Source: Octopus vulgaris
Taxonomy: Eukaryota
Assembly (NCBI GenBank): GCA_951406725.2
Contig: OX597830.1
Location: 20,956,001-21,020,000, forward strand
Direction: 5' to 3'
DNA: 64,000 nucleotides
Part shown: positions 1-13,335 of the stretch, piece after piece
Layout of the letters: the number at the start of each line of letters is the position of its first letter
Position numbering within the stretch: position 1 is the stretch's first letter
Program-made: the position numbers and the translations under genes
Notes under the pieces: generated by a model
Told to the model about the DNA's origin: nothing
The model's database searches: none
Seen by the model: only the letters and a program-made list of their open reading frames with translations

Positions 1-272
1 TTTAAGAAGGGAGAAGGGAAAAAAAATGTAAGAACAATAAAGAACAAATAGAATTTTCTTAAAATGCCTGATTTTCCTTGGATTTCATTGCATTTTTGAA
101 AATGTAAAAAGGAAAAAAAAAAAAAAAATGTCACGTTGTCTTTGAGATTAATAAAGGTGTACTTTTTTCTGGTTCCTCCCCTCACCTTTTTCTTCCTTTT
201 TAATTTCTTTTTCTTTCCTTTTTAAATATTTCCGTTCCTACTTCTAACTTCTTTGTTATCTCATTAAGCTTA

Positions 273-337
<65 letters not shown>

Positions 338-365
338 GTTATTAGTAGTAGTAGTAGTAGTAGTA

Positions 366-530
366 GTGGCTGTGTGGTAAAGTAGCTTGTTTACGAACCA
401 CATGGTTCCGGGTTCAGTCCCACTACGTGGCACCTTGGGCAAGAGTCTTCTTCTATAACCTCGGGTCGACCGAAGCCTTGTGAGTGGATTTGGTACATGG
501 AAACTAGAAGAAGCCCGTCGTATATATGTG

Positions 531-561
<31 letters not shown>

Positions 562-779
562 ATGTGTGTGAGTGTGTGTGTATCTGTGTTTGTCTCCCCC
601 CAACATCGCTTGACAACCGATGCTGGTGTGTTTACGTCCCCGTAACTTAGCGGTTCGGCAAAATAAACCGATAGAATAAGTACTAGGCTTACAAAAGAAT
701 AAGTCATGGGGTCGATTTGCTCGACTAAAGGCGGTACTCCAGCGTGGCCACAGTCAAATGAATGAAACAAAGAATAAAA

Positions 780-781
<2 letters not shown>
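366..781 (+). mobile_element. tRNA-derived SINE family A (CORE-like body, internal (TA)n(TG)n), near full length
   Basis: A box GTGGCTGTGTGGTAA, B box GGGTTCAGTCCC, CORE-like GCACCTTGGGCAAG, internal microsatellite, tail ...CCAGCGTGGCCACAGTCAAATGAATGAAAC; more than 15 related copies in the window. Confidence 0.9.
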
Positions 782-813
<32 letters not shown>

Positions 814-1199
814 CGTGGTGGTGGTGGTAAGTTGTACATGGGACGATATGAATGACTGTTCGCACCCCCGAAATGTGTCGTACCCCTTATGCCTATACAA
901 ACATTCATTAGGGAGTCGATCAAACTGACCCTTTTCTCCCTCGACCACTATACTCCCACCCACCCACCCCCACTCTCCCGCAAATATTGCGGATATTTAA
1001 TATTCTTTCTGCTGTCCGCCTCTCGTCCTTGAAATTGCTGGCCCTGTTCCAAAAATTGAAACTATTATAACAGGACGATAGGTTAGCTAAGTAATATTGC
1101 CTTGCGGCTTTTGTTGTTTCGAGTCTTCGCGTTCTGAGTTTAAATCCCGCCGAGGTCGATCGCCCCGATTTTTGGCCTTCTGTCTAGATTGGAAGCAAC

Positions 1200-1552
1200 T
1201 ACGGTTGTGAAGTTATGAAGCTTGATTCGCAGTCATGTAGTTTCGGGTTCAGTTCCACTGTGTGGCACCTTGGGCAGGTGTCTTCTACTTGAGCCGCGGA
1301 CTGATTAATGCCTTGTGAATAAATTCGATTGACAGAAACTGTATGGAAGCTTGTCGTGTGTGTGTGTGCGTGCGCGCGTATGTATTTGTGTTTGTGTTTG
1401 CCACCACTTGACAACCGGCGTTGGTTTGCCGTAACTTAGCGGTTCAGCAAAAGTATCCGATAGAGTCAGTACCAGGCTTATAAAGCGAAGTACTGTGGTT
1501 GATTTGTCCGACTAAACCCTTCGAGGTTATGCCCCAGCATGGCCGCAGTCGT
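1200..1552 (+). mobile_element. SINE family A, diverged copy
   Basis: Colinear with 366-781 (GGGTTCAGTTCCACTG...CCAGCATGGCCGCAGTC). Confidence 0.85.
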
Positions 1553-1644
1553 TTATTGTAAAAGGTGATGGATTTAATCAGTCTGAGGGTGCGTGGAACA
1601 AAATACCTGAAAACAATTAGGCCACATCATATTGTGTTTATTCT

Positions 1645-2080
1645 TTTATTCTTTTACATATTTCAGTCATTTGACTGCGGCCATGCTGGAACACTGCCTT
1701 TAGTCGAGCAAATCGACCTTAGGACTTATTCTTTGTAAGTCTAGTACTTATTCTATCGGTTCTTTTGCCGAACCGCTAAGTTACGAGGACGTAAACACAC
1801 CAGCATCATTTCACGTCCGCTTTCCATGCTGGTATGGGTTGGACGGCTTAATAGGAACTGGTAAAACTTAATGGCCGCACCAAACTCCATAGTCTGTTTT
1901 GGCTTTGGTTTTCTACGGCCGGATGCCCTTCCTAATGCCAACCACTTCGCAGAGTGTACTCGGTGTTTTTTTTTTATGTGGAAACTTAGTTTCAGAACCC
2001 CAATTCAGTTGTGGTGACGGGTTTTCTCAAGTGCAGCAGTGCGCCACATATCTCGTTCCTCTGTCATCTCCTTCGTAAGG
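1645..2080 (-). mobile_element. Composite: 3' half of SINE A, an RTE-type tail, and an RTE-like LINE ORF2 C-terminal fragment
   Basis: 1645-1808 matches the SINE A tail. 1805-1975 is the reverse complement of AACCCATACCAGCATGGAAAGCGGACG (RTE-type 3' end). 2005-2080 minus encodes LTKEMTEERDMWRTAALEKTRHHN*, resembling the RTE ORF2 C-terminal D/E-R-x-x-W-R motif. Confidence 0.7.
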
Positions 2081-2434
2081 CATATATACATATATATATA
2101 TATATATATGTGTGTGTATCTCTGTGTGTGTGTTTGTTTGTTTACGTCACGGTAACGTAGTGGTTCTGCATAGGAAATAAGTCTTAGTGTTGATTTGCTC
2201 CATTTAAATCTTTTAAGGCAGTGTCCTAGCATGGCCACTGTCCAGAGCCTGAAACAGGTTAAAAAAAAAAAGAAAAGAGAGATGTGTGTGTGTATTTGTA
2301 TTTACCTCCCACCTATCACTTGACATCCAGTGTTGGTTCGTTTACGTTTCCGTAAACTTAGCGGGTCGGCAGAAGGAAAGACCGAAAGAGTAAGTACCAA
2401 GCTTAACCTTTTTCTCTCTCGCCTGTGTATCAGA

Positions 2435-2965
2435 TGCTCGGTCTAGTGGTTAGTACGTTCGTAAGGTCGTGAGTTCAATTCCCGACAACGTGTTGTGTCC
2501 TTGAGCAAGACACTTTATTTCCCGTTACTCTAGTTCACTCAGCTGGCAAATATGAGTAGTACCTATATTTCAAAAGACCAGCCTTTTCACACTCTGTGTC
2601 GCGCTGAATCTTCTTGAGAACTACGTTAAGGGTACGCATGTCTGTGGAGTGCTCAGCCACATGCACGTTAATTTCACGAGCAAGCTGTTCCGTTGATCGG
2701 GTTAACTGGAACCCTTGTTATCATAACCGATCGAGGGACAGCTATTTTTTGTTGCTTCTGTCCATTCAGCTGGCAAAAATGAGTAGTAACTGTATTTCAA
2801 AGGGGCTAGCCTTGACACACTCTGAGTGATGCTGATTCTCCCGGAGAACTACGTTAAGGGTGCACATGTTCGTGGAGTTCTCAGCCACTTGCATGTTAAT
2901 TTCACGAGCAAGCTGTTCCGTTTATCGTATCAACTTGAACACTTGTCGTAACCGACGGAGGACTA
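2435..2965 (+). mobile_element. tRNA-derived SINE family B with tandemly duplicated 3' half
   Basis: Head GGTCTAGTGGTTAG...GAGTTCAATTCC, body GTGTCCTTGAGCAAGACACTTTATTTC. The segment CAGCTGGCAAA...TAACCGA occurs twice (about 2540-2730 and 2767-2960). Confidence 0.85.
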
Positions 2966-3349
2966 TTTGTAGTCTCACATGTAGTACACTGCATGTTTCC
3001 CTTGGCTATCATGGATAATTCATTATACATGTTCTCAATTGTTTTTTCAGCTACCAGAGTAACTTTGGACCTATGAAAAGGGAAGGTTTTATATTACTCA
3101 TAAGATGAAACAAGGGTTTTTGAAGGGTTTTAATCGAGCGAATCTACACTAGTACTTATTTCCCATGCAGAACCCCTCTAGATAGGTTCAGATGAAACAA
3201 GGGGTTTGTATTACTCACAAAATGAAATAAGGGTTCACTGAATGTCTGTAATTACAAGGTTGGACTTTCTGGACACACTTACGGAAATGCTTTAGGTAGG
3301 GAAAGGGTTTTAAAGAAATACGTGTTGGGGTCAGTTTGTTCGACTGAGC

Positions 3350-4110
3350 CAGTGGTTCTTAACCGGGGTCCATATAAGGTTTTGTTGTTAAAATACGTGC
3401 AACGATCTCTTTTATTTGTTTCAGTGATTTGACTGCGGCCATGCTGGAGCACCGCCTTTAGTCGAGCAAATCGACTCCCCTCCCGGACTTATTCTTTGGA
3501 AGCCTAGTACTTATTCTATCGGTCTCTTTTTGCCGAACCGCTAAGTTACTGGGACGTAAACACACCAGCATCGGTTGTCAAGCGATGCAGGGGGACAAAC
3601 ACACACACACACATATATATATATATTATATGTAGAAAAATACAAACTGGGACAAGAACGTAAAACATTTAGAAGACGATACAAAAAACACGGACGGGAC
3701 ATTCGAAGCCTTCAATCTTCAGTCAAGAACCGGATCATCCTAGCAATTTCGGTTGATTAATCTTACGACGGGCTTCTTTCAGTTTCCGTCTACCAAATCC
3801 CATCACAAGGCTTTTTGTCGGCCCGAGGCTATAGTAGAAGACACTCGCCCAAGGTGCCACGCAGTGGGACTGAACCCGGAACCATGTGGCTTGTAAGCAA
3901 GCTAATTACCACACAGCCACCTACGGTCTGGTTATAATTCCTACAATGCTCCAAATATTTTAATTATTTTTATACATTTCCTAATAATATTTATTTAGAA
4001 AAATATAATGGGACTTTTTTTTAATTATCGAATGGCTGTGAGGGTCCATCCGCATAAAATAGGAATGGAAGGGGATCCATAGGCAAAAAAAATGTTTGAG
4101 AATTTTATAC
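3350..4110. mobile_element. hAT-like MITE interrupted by a minus-strand SINE A (3408-3920), itself carrying a Penelope-like insert (3628-3764)
   Basis: Starts CAGTGGTTCTTAACCGGGGTCC and has GGGTCC/GGACCC motifs shared with 16917-17150 and 57532-58117. The insert is shared with 31361-31600. Confidence 0.65.
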
Positions 4111-4574
4111 TGGGGTCGAAGTTGTTCGACTGAACCCTTCAAGGCAGTGTTCCAGCATGGCCGCTGAAACGAGTAAGATGCAGAAACCAGTTTATAAATG
4201 TTGCTCTCGATATATCATAAGGAAAACGCCCAAACGTCACAATCCCACGTTTTCCCCCCTTCTGCCATAAATACATTTTTCTATTATACAATTGCACTTT
4301 TTAAGTACATATTTCTTGTCTTTTTAGTTTATGCATTTTCAAATATTTCATTCTTTTTAAAAAGAAAAAAAAATATATATATAATGTCGGCATCGTCATC
4401 GTTGTCATGGTTATTTTAAAGTTATTTTATCTTAAGTCGACTTGGAGATTTTTTTCTTCTTCTTTTATTTCATTCATTCATTCTTTACGTCTCATTTTAA
4501 GATGAGTTTGGTAGATGTTACCTCAGAAGAGAGAGTTCCCAACCACGGTGACCTTATTTTACGCATATATATTT

Positions 4575-4586
4575 CTGCCCCCTCTC

Positions 4587-4621
<35 letters not shown>

Positions 4622-4820
4622 ATCTATCCCCTTCTCAGCTACTTTTTCGCTTCCTCCTCCTCCTCCTCTTCCTTCTTTTCCTACCTTTGTCTTTCTCTCT
4701 CCATCTATCTCTCCCTATCCCTCTCTCTCTCTCTCTTTCTCCTCCTCCATCTCTTCTTCATGCCTTTTTCTGTCTCTCTATCTCTCCCTCTCTCAGCCAC
4801 TTTTTCTCCTCCTTCTGCCT

Positions 4821-4884
<64 letters not shown>

Positions 4885-5070
4885 CTATCTATCCCCTTCT
4901 CAGCTATTTTTTCGCATCCTTTTCCTGCCTTTGTCTTTCTCTCTCCATCTATCTCTCCCTTTCCGTCTCTCTTTCTCCTCCTCCTCTTCTTCCTCGTCCT
5001 CTTCTTCCTGCCTTTCTCTGTCTCTCTATCTCTCCCACTCTCAGCTACTTTTCTCCTCCTTCTGCCTTTG

Positions 5071-5106
<36 letters not shown>
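4575..5106. repeat. Compound (CT)n/(TCTA)n low-complexity tract with degenerate larger repeat unit
   Basis: Recurrent CCCTTCTCAGCTACTTTT and CCTTTGTCTTTCTCTCTCCATCTATCTCTCCCT blocks. Confidence 0.85.
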
Positions 5107-5137
5107 ATCCAAGCCTGTCTTTTATTTACGGTATTTA

Positions 5138-5374
5138 CAGGTAACGAAACCAACTTTCCGGATACTGATGTTCTTAAGCCCCTTACATAATCCTCACTAA
5201 TTTTTACCAATGTACTGGTACCCGTATTTCATTTCATTCAATTATTTAAATAAATTAGACATTTGTTTAATTTAGAATGCGTTCACCAAGGTAACCAACC
5301 ACCCGCGGTTCAGAAGAATCACTAATCCGGAAAGTCTTAGAGCTAAAAGTTCCGGAAAATCGATGTTGTACCTG
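5138..5374. mobile_element. Tc1/mariner-pogo (Tigger-like) MITE
   Basis: TA at both flanks; imperfect TIRs CAGGTAACGAAACCAACTTTCCGGA / TCCGGAAAATCGATGTTGTACCTG. Confidence 0.75.
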
Positions 5375-5440
5375 TATTACCGTCTATCTTTGTCTCCTTC
5401 ATTCCACCTCTCCTCTCTCTCTCGTATACATACATGCGTA

Positions 5441-5471
<31 letters not shown>

Positions 5472-5806
5472 GACAGACGGAGATAATTAGGTAATTTTCT
5501 GTTCAATAAATCATTTACATTCTACTTCACTATTGTCAGATTCCCCTTCCATTTGTCTTTTTGTCGTTTCTTAATTCTCTGTTAAAAAGCATTAATTATA
5601 ATTAATGCATGTGTTACTGTTAAATTTAGCGTTGCACTACGAGGAATAAATAGTCATTTCTTTGACCTTTTGCGATGAGCGATGTCTTATCACCCATCGA
5701 CGGGTTATTAATTCCGTTAAACTTGTGGGCCAATGGTCATTCATAAAGACATGCACATAGTCTAGAAAAGGATAGCTAAAAAGAAAATGTGAACTGACGA
5801 AGTTGA

Positions 5807-6180
5807 TTATATTGAGATCAATGCGTCAAAAGAATACACAACCGACCAGATATTGTTATTTGGGACCATACGGAAAAGATACGTTCTGTTATGGAAATCA
5901 TCTGTGCTCTGGACATTAATCTGGTTAGAAAAATTCAAGAGAAATACATCATCGAGGGACCATTGTTAAGGAGTTTGCAAATCCAGTACCCAAGATACAT
6001 TTTCAGTTTCATACTTATTATTATTGGAGCAATAGGATAAGTACCGACCCGTCTGGAGCAAAGTGTGACTGAATTTGGGGGTCTTGGAGAGAGAACGCAA
6101 TTCCTTCATTCAGACAAATTTTAAATAAACGAGATATCCTGAATAATAAATCTGCAAGATCTTCTTTGGATTTGCTGCAA
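5807..6180 (+). pseudogene. Decayed C-terminal restriction-like endonuclease (RLE) domain of a non-LTR retrotransposon, R4/Dong-like
   Basis: Frame from 5837 reads HNRPDIVIWDHTEKIRSVMEIICALDINLVRKIQEKYIIEGPLLRSLQIQYPRYIFSFILIIIGAIG*VPTRLEQ (stop 6038-6040), then after a frameshift ICKIFFGF. This matches the RPD...E...D...K..KY...GAxG layout of RLE domains. Confidence 0.75.
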
Positions 6181-6809
6181 AGCAGGTACCCAGTTGAAAT
6201 TAATTCTTAATTAGAAATAGAAAAAGAAAACACACACACACACAAGACTTTTCCCCAAGTACAATACGTGAATTTGCGTTTGTTATCTCCATTCCAAAGA
6301 TGGAGTCTTCATTATCTTTGTTGGAAAAGAGCTCTTTTCTTACAGGAATATTTCAAATAGATCAAGACAGAAGACGACGTACATCACACACAAACAGTCA
6401 CGATGATATATATATATATATATATATGTATATACACACGTATGTATATGTTTGATAGTCGCTTCATATCGGGTCCAGGAGAATGCCAGGGAGCAGGACC
6501 AGGACTGTTGATTTAACAAAAGTCTTTGATACACACTAAACCGTGATGTCCTCGGGGACGTCCTGCGCAGGTTTGGGTGCCCCCAAGACAACGGCGGAAC
6601 AATACACACACACACACACACATTACTGTTCATCTGTGTGTGTGTGTGTGTGTGAGACATACTCACAGTCTGACTTGTCCCTTCACTCGCCCCACCTTCC
6701 CTCTACCTTTCCTCCTGAATAAGTTTATCTCTCTCCATAAACCATACTCTATTATTCTCTCTTCAATAGTTCATTCTAAGTTTCTCCCACATACCTCTTC
6801 TCAGTCTAC

Positions 6810-6856
<47 letters not shown>

Positions 6857-7019
6857 ATAAACACACATTCATTTAAGCCTGTGTAATTAGTAATAGAGCA
6901 ACTTGAATAAAGTAGTTACTAATGAATGCACTTATTTGTGTTATAATAATTTTATGTTTTACAACATAACAGAATCACAACATTCTTTCTGAAACACACC
7001 CAACTCATCTACTCTCTCT

Positions 7020-7065
<46 letters not shown>

Positions 7066-7267
7066 ATGCTCACACACACGCACACATATATATCTGCATA
7101 CACGCGTTTATTAAAATATAGTTATTAATATACGTAAAACGCATGATTTTTGTATTTGCGAGGAATATATACTTGCTTATGTAACTGTGAACTCACACGT
7201 GTTCATATAATGTCCCATAGACATTCGGCTACACTCGTATCTATATATAAACATACGTTTATGAATA

Positions 7268-7312
<45 letters not shown>

Positions 7313-7702
7313 AGGTAGATATAAACACATATATGAGCATATTTATATATGTGTGTGTGTGTGTGTTTATAAATATTATATACACACACAGACACATAAG
7401 ATACTGTTCCTCTGGTGCTCTCTAGCGAGGGAAATCGTTCTCCCTCACACCGTACCCCGGTCTCTCTCTAGTTGGGCCTGTTTGCATGTTTTTAGTTGTA
7501 ATTAGCTAAGTGCAGCAGAATGTCAAGCACACACACACACACACTTTATATATATATGTATGTATAAACATATGAACACACACACACACTGACAAAAATG
7601 TCCCAGCCAGTCGCTGCCGCTTTACGTTATAATTCTATTCCACTGTCCCACCGTCTTTCTCTTTCTCTCTATGTGTTTGAATCTCTTTCTCTCTCTCCGT
7701 CA

Positions 7703-7756
<54 letters not shown>

Positions 7757-7862
7757 GTCTTTATATCTATCTGTGTGTCTGTCTTTATATCTTTGTGTGT
7801 GTATATATATATATGTCTATCTGTTTATCTATTCGTCTACCTAGCTGCTTATCTACCTATCT

Positions 7863-7920
<58 letters not shown>

Positions 7921-8576
7921 GTACTATACACACACACACACACACACACAAATGTCTCAGTGTCGCTGTACTTTTTTTCGGGGAGAGAGACGGCCGACAA
8001 GAAATTAGGTGTTGTTAGCTCAAACGAAATATGTAAAAGGTGGGTGTGGTTCGCTTCGTCGCCATAACCAATTTTGTTGTTGTTGTTGTTGTTGTTACTG
8101 GATGTTGCTGTGTTTTTTTGGGTTATAGTTTGAGGTACGAGGAAAGAGGTAGGAGTAGGTATGTAAAGAGGGTGGGTATGTAGGTAACGGGTGGATGGGT
8201 TGGCGAATATTTGTTGTTGTTGTTGTTTTAAAAAATATTTTCATTTCGTTTCGTTTTCGGTCTTATTTCCACTACTACTACTACTACTGCTCACACGTAT
8301 GGTCGGTAAAGCCATGTAGAAGTTGTGTCTGTTGTGATGGCCATGGTGCTGTTGGCATTGTTGTTGTTGCTGTTGTTGCTATTTGTCAGTGACAGTCCGT
8401 GATCTTCTTGTACTTGTTGTTCGTGTTGCAGTCAACAGCACTCTGCCGTTTTTTCTGTAGGATGCTTGAGTATGTGTATACACACACAAACATATACACA
8501 AATATGTGTGTATATAGCCTCTTTTAATATAAGCTAAATTCTGTATTAACCTCTCACATTGCCAGTAGGTGCGTGC

Positions 8577-8634
<58 letters not shown>

Positions 8635-8720
8635 AAAATTAATTAAGGGTAGAAATTGATATTTATCAATTAAAACCAGTGGTCTAGCATATTAAAAAAG
8701 AATCCGAAGATTAAAATATT

Positions 8721-8870
8721 TATATATACCAATTAAGGACTGAACACGAAAAGTGGACAGTCAACATGCTAGATATAGACATAATCTTTTGTGGAGAATG
8801 GCGATTTGACGTCTATATCTAGCATGTTGACTGTCCACTTTTCGTGTTCAGTCCTTAATTGGTATATATA
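8721..8870. repeat. Perfect 60-bp inverted repeat with 30-nt spacer
   Basis: 8721-8780 is the exact reverse complement of 8811-8870; (TA)n flanks. Confidence 0.95.
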
Positions 8871-9261
8871 TATATATATAGGTATTATAGTCAATCTTTG
8901 TATACATATGTCTACGTATAGGAGTACATACATACATACATACATCATGTACACGTGTGTGTTTAATTTCTTTAATTCTACTTGAGTGTTGCAAGTGACT
9001 GTAGCACCCCAAAAGCCCAAAAACCCTAGGTGTTTTCTTTCTTTTTTTCTTCTTCTCCGTCTCTCACACCCACCTTACCCTTTCAAATTCCTCGTCATGT
9101 ATACTTCTACACACACACACAAACACACAAACACACTGACATCCCACCAGCTCCGGGTCGTCACATGTTTCACAGAACACCATATGCTTCTGCAAGCAAG
9201 ATATTTTTTCTGTATGTATAATAGTTGTGCATGTATATATATATATGTGTGAGTGTACAAG

Positions 9262-9296
<35 letters not shown>

Positions 9297-9674
9297 ATAT
9301 ATCGTTTACTCGCTGCCATCTCCTCTTCCTGCTTCCCCTATAGTTCTCTCTTCCTCCCCCTTATTCTCTCTTTCATTCATTTATTTTTTTTTTTTAATCT
9401 GCCTAAATGCCATCTCTGTCCTTTTAATATTTAAATCTCTCTCTCTCTCTCTCTCTCATTAAATCTTTTTCTTTTAGCTTTATTCCATTCCCCCTGTTCT
9501 CTAGCCACAATGCAAATTTACTAATTCTTTCCCTTTCCTCTTTATATACGAGTATCATCTACCTCTTTGACCGTCTACCTTATCCGCCGTTCTATCCATC
9601 CGTCCATCCATCCATCCATCCATCCATCTGACTGTCTGTCATGTATGAATATACGTGAGTTCTCATTCACACAC

Positions 9675-9675
<1 letters not shown>

Positions 9676-9767
<92 letters not shown>

Positions 9768-9768
9768 C

Positions 9769-9865
<97 letters not shown>

Positions 9866-9890
9866 ATCTATCTATCTATCTATCTATCTA
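9676..9890. repeat. Long (TCTA)n microsatellite
   Basis: Direct inspection. Confidence 0.95.
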
Positions 9891-10103
9891 TATTACCTAT
9901 CTACCTATCCTTTACCAACTTATATATATATATAATTTGCCCCTCCATCTTATCCATCTACCTACCTACCTACCTGTCTACATCTACCTATCTATGCAGT
10001 CTTCCTTTCTATCTACCCATCAATCAACCGATCTATATCCATCCACCTAACCGTCCGTCACCTTTTCTATGTCTACCCTAACTTATATATCACGTCTTGC
10101 TCA

Positions 10104-10140
<37 letters not shown>

Positions 10141-11005
10141 TATATATACACATACATACAAACAACCACTACCACCACCACCTCCATCATTCCCTCTCTT
10201 TCCTTTCCTTCCGACATCCCACCCTCCTTCTCCCGCTTTATCCCCGGTCCTCAGAGAATTCTTTTAACGATATAAAACTGCCGTGCTTTTCCCATCTCGT
10301 CTCCTCATAATGTCTCAGGATCCCCTTAGCTTTTAATATTTTATTTCACTATATAAAATATCATTCGCCTTTATTTGTTTTGTTGTTTATTTTTGTTCCC
10401 CTTTTTTTATTATTTTATTTTTAACTGCTTCCCAACCTTCTCCTCACCCTCTCTCTTTCTCTCTGTCTCTTCTCTCTTTCTCTCTATGTATCTTTCTATC
10501 TATCTCACAGCCTCTCTTCACAACCACTATCCTCTTTCCATCTCACCTTCGCGCGTTCACTCACTCACTCACTCACTCGGTGATCTTCCACTCCAAGCTG
10601 TCACTCATTCTCTATCACATTCACTCACTTTCTCTCTCTCAAGCTCTCTCCCTCGCTATCTCTCACTCCCATTAGCTTTTTTTAAAATTCTTCTTACCTA
10701 CACATATATACAGATATATATATGTATCCGCGTGTGCGTGTGTGTATAACATAACATATACATACTATACTTATATATGTATGTATAAAACATGTATGTA
10801 TGCATATATTTCGCATTTTTGTTTTATGAATAGCTCTATAACTGTTCATCTATTATTACTTTACGTTTTACCTTCTCTGGCAACGTGTGTGTGTGTGTGT
10901 GTTTGCACGTGGCTGTGTGTTTGTGTTGTGTGTGATCTGTTTGTATGCGTTGCATTTGTATGTCAGAGGTTTGCTTTTAATATGAAAGGAGTAAAGAAGG
11001 TGCTG

Positions 11006-11045
<40 letters not shown>

Positions 11046-11171
11046 TGAATAATGGTTTGTTTGGTGTGAAAGCCTGCCGACTGGAAGCTATTGTTTATTT
11101 GAGCTAGAGGTGTTGTATACGTGTGTGTTTATGTGTGTGTGTCATGTGTACATAGTGTGTATGTGTGTGTG

Positions 11172-11218
<47 letters not shown>

Positions 11219-11262
11219 CACACACATATATATATATACATACACACAGACACACACACACG

Positions 11263-11299
<37 letters not shown>

Positions 11300-11327
11300 G
11301 ACAACACACATATATATATATACATAT

Positions 11328-11370
<43 letters not shown>

Positions 11371-11429
11371 CATACTCTTGCGTATTTATAAACACACACA
11401 CAGACACGAACATATATACATATATACCG

Positions 11430-11486
<57 letters not shown>

Positions 11487-11549
11487 AGGCATAGGTGTTC
11501 ATATATTTCACAATGATATATACATAGTATACAGGCTTTGAAATGTCAT

Positions 11550-11618
<69 letters not shown>

Positions 11619-11979
11619 GACTACATTATTAAATTCGCCCAGCCATACGCACCCTGTCTTGTGATAAAAATGTTTGTCATCTACCACATTGAAAAACACT
11701 TCGTTATAGCCTAACACCAACCATTCTTATTTATTCTTTCATCATAGTCGTCGTCGTCGTCATAATGCTCGCCATTTTTGTTTGTTTTTGTTGTTTTTAT
11801 TTATTTCACTCTCCAAAAGTTCGCCGTCATTTTCCAAACTGCGCTTCCTTAGTGTCGTTTCAAACAAGGGAACTCACCTTAACCCTACCTATCTTACCTA
11901 CCTATCTTACCCTCTACGTAGACGTTTGACTGGCTAGTTGTAAGCAACAAAATGCCTCTTCTCATCACATACCACCGAC

Positions 11980-12388
11980 TCTTTTACTCTTTTATTCTTT
12001 GTTTCAGTCATTTGACTGTGGCCATGCTGGAGCACCGCCTTTAGTCGAGCAAATCGACCCCTCCCCCCCAGGACCTATTCTTTGTAAGCCTAGTACTTAT
12101 TCTATCGGTCTCTTTTTGCCGAACTGCTAAGTTACTGGGACGTAAACACACCAGCATCGGTTGTCAAGCGATGCTGGGGGGACAAACACAGACACAGACC
12201 CCCCCCCACACACACATATAAATACATATACGACGGGCTTCTTTCAGTTTCCGTCTACCAAATCCACTCACAAGGCTTTGGTCGACCCGAGGCTATAGTT
12301 GAAGACACTTGTCCAAGGTGCCACGCAGTGGGACTGAAGCCGGAACCATGTGGTTGGTAAAGATACTGCTTACCACACAGCCACTCAT
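11980..12388 (-). mobile_element. SINE family A, near full length
   Basis: Reverse complement colinear with 366-781. Confidence 0.9.
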
Positions 12389-12544
12389 AAATTAGATATT
12401 TAAATCTGAGCAAAAAAGAAAATAGGCATGGAAGGCGCGGAAATTGAGAAGGGATGGTCGTGGCTGGAATGCTTATAGGTTTACTTGCTCTGTGAGACTC
12501 TGAGCTTGGACTTATCGTTGCGCCTAATAATAATGATGATGATG

Positions 12545-13335
12545 ATGATTTCAAACTTTGGTACAAAACCAGGAATTTCAAGGGAGGGGGTAAGTCGATT
12601 TCATCGACCTCCAAACGATGAAGAGCAAAGTCGACCTCGGTTGGATTTGAACTCAGAACGTAAAGACGGACTAAATGCTACTAAGCCTTTTATCTAGCTC
12701 GCTGCCTTAATATTCTTTTCTACTCTAGGCACAAGGCCCGAAATTTTGGGGGAGAGAGCCAGTCGATTACATCGATCCCCAGTACACAACTGGTACTTAA
12801 TTTATCGATCCCGAAAGGATGAAAGGCATAGTCGACCTCGGCGAAATTTGAACTCAGAATGTAAAGAGAGATGAAATACCTATTTCTTTACTACCCACAA
12901 GGGGCTAAACACAGAGGGGACAAACAAGGACAGACAAAGGGATTAAGTCGATTACATCAACCACAGTGCGTAACTGGTACTTATTTAATCGATCCCGAAA
13001 GGATGAAAGGCAAAGTCGACCTCGGCGGAATTTGAACTCAGAACGTAACGGCAGACGAAATACCACTAAGCATTTCGCCCGGCGTGCTAACGTTTCTGCC
13101 AGCTTGTCGCCGCCTTAATATTAATAATCCTTTTTACTAATAGGTACAAGGACTAAATTTAGTTGGGAGGGGACTTATCGATTACGTCGACCCAAGTGTT
13201 CCACTGGTACGTATTTCCTCGATCCAAAAAGGATGAAGGACAAAGTCGACCTCAGCTCAATTTGAACTCAAAAACGTGACGACGGACGAAACGCCGCTTA
13301 GCTTGTTGTCAAGCGTGCTAATGATTCTGCCACTG
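12545..13335 (-). mobile_element. Chain of four tRNA-derived SINE family C monomers (Meta-domain-like body)
   Basis: On minus: head GCTGGCAGAA(A/T)CGTTAGCACG, B box GAGTTCAAATT, body GAGGTCGACTTTGCCTTTCATCCTTTCGGG.TCGAT...AAGTACCAG repeated head-to-tail. Confidence 0.85.

Noticed and set aside
3690-3764. CTGAAGA...CGAA on the minus strand of the (TA)n-inserted repeat (also about 31430-31500) as a hammerhead
   Set aside because: No GAAA with a properly closed stem II, and stems I/III could not be assembled.
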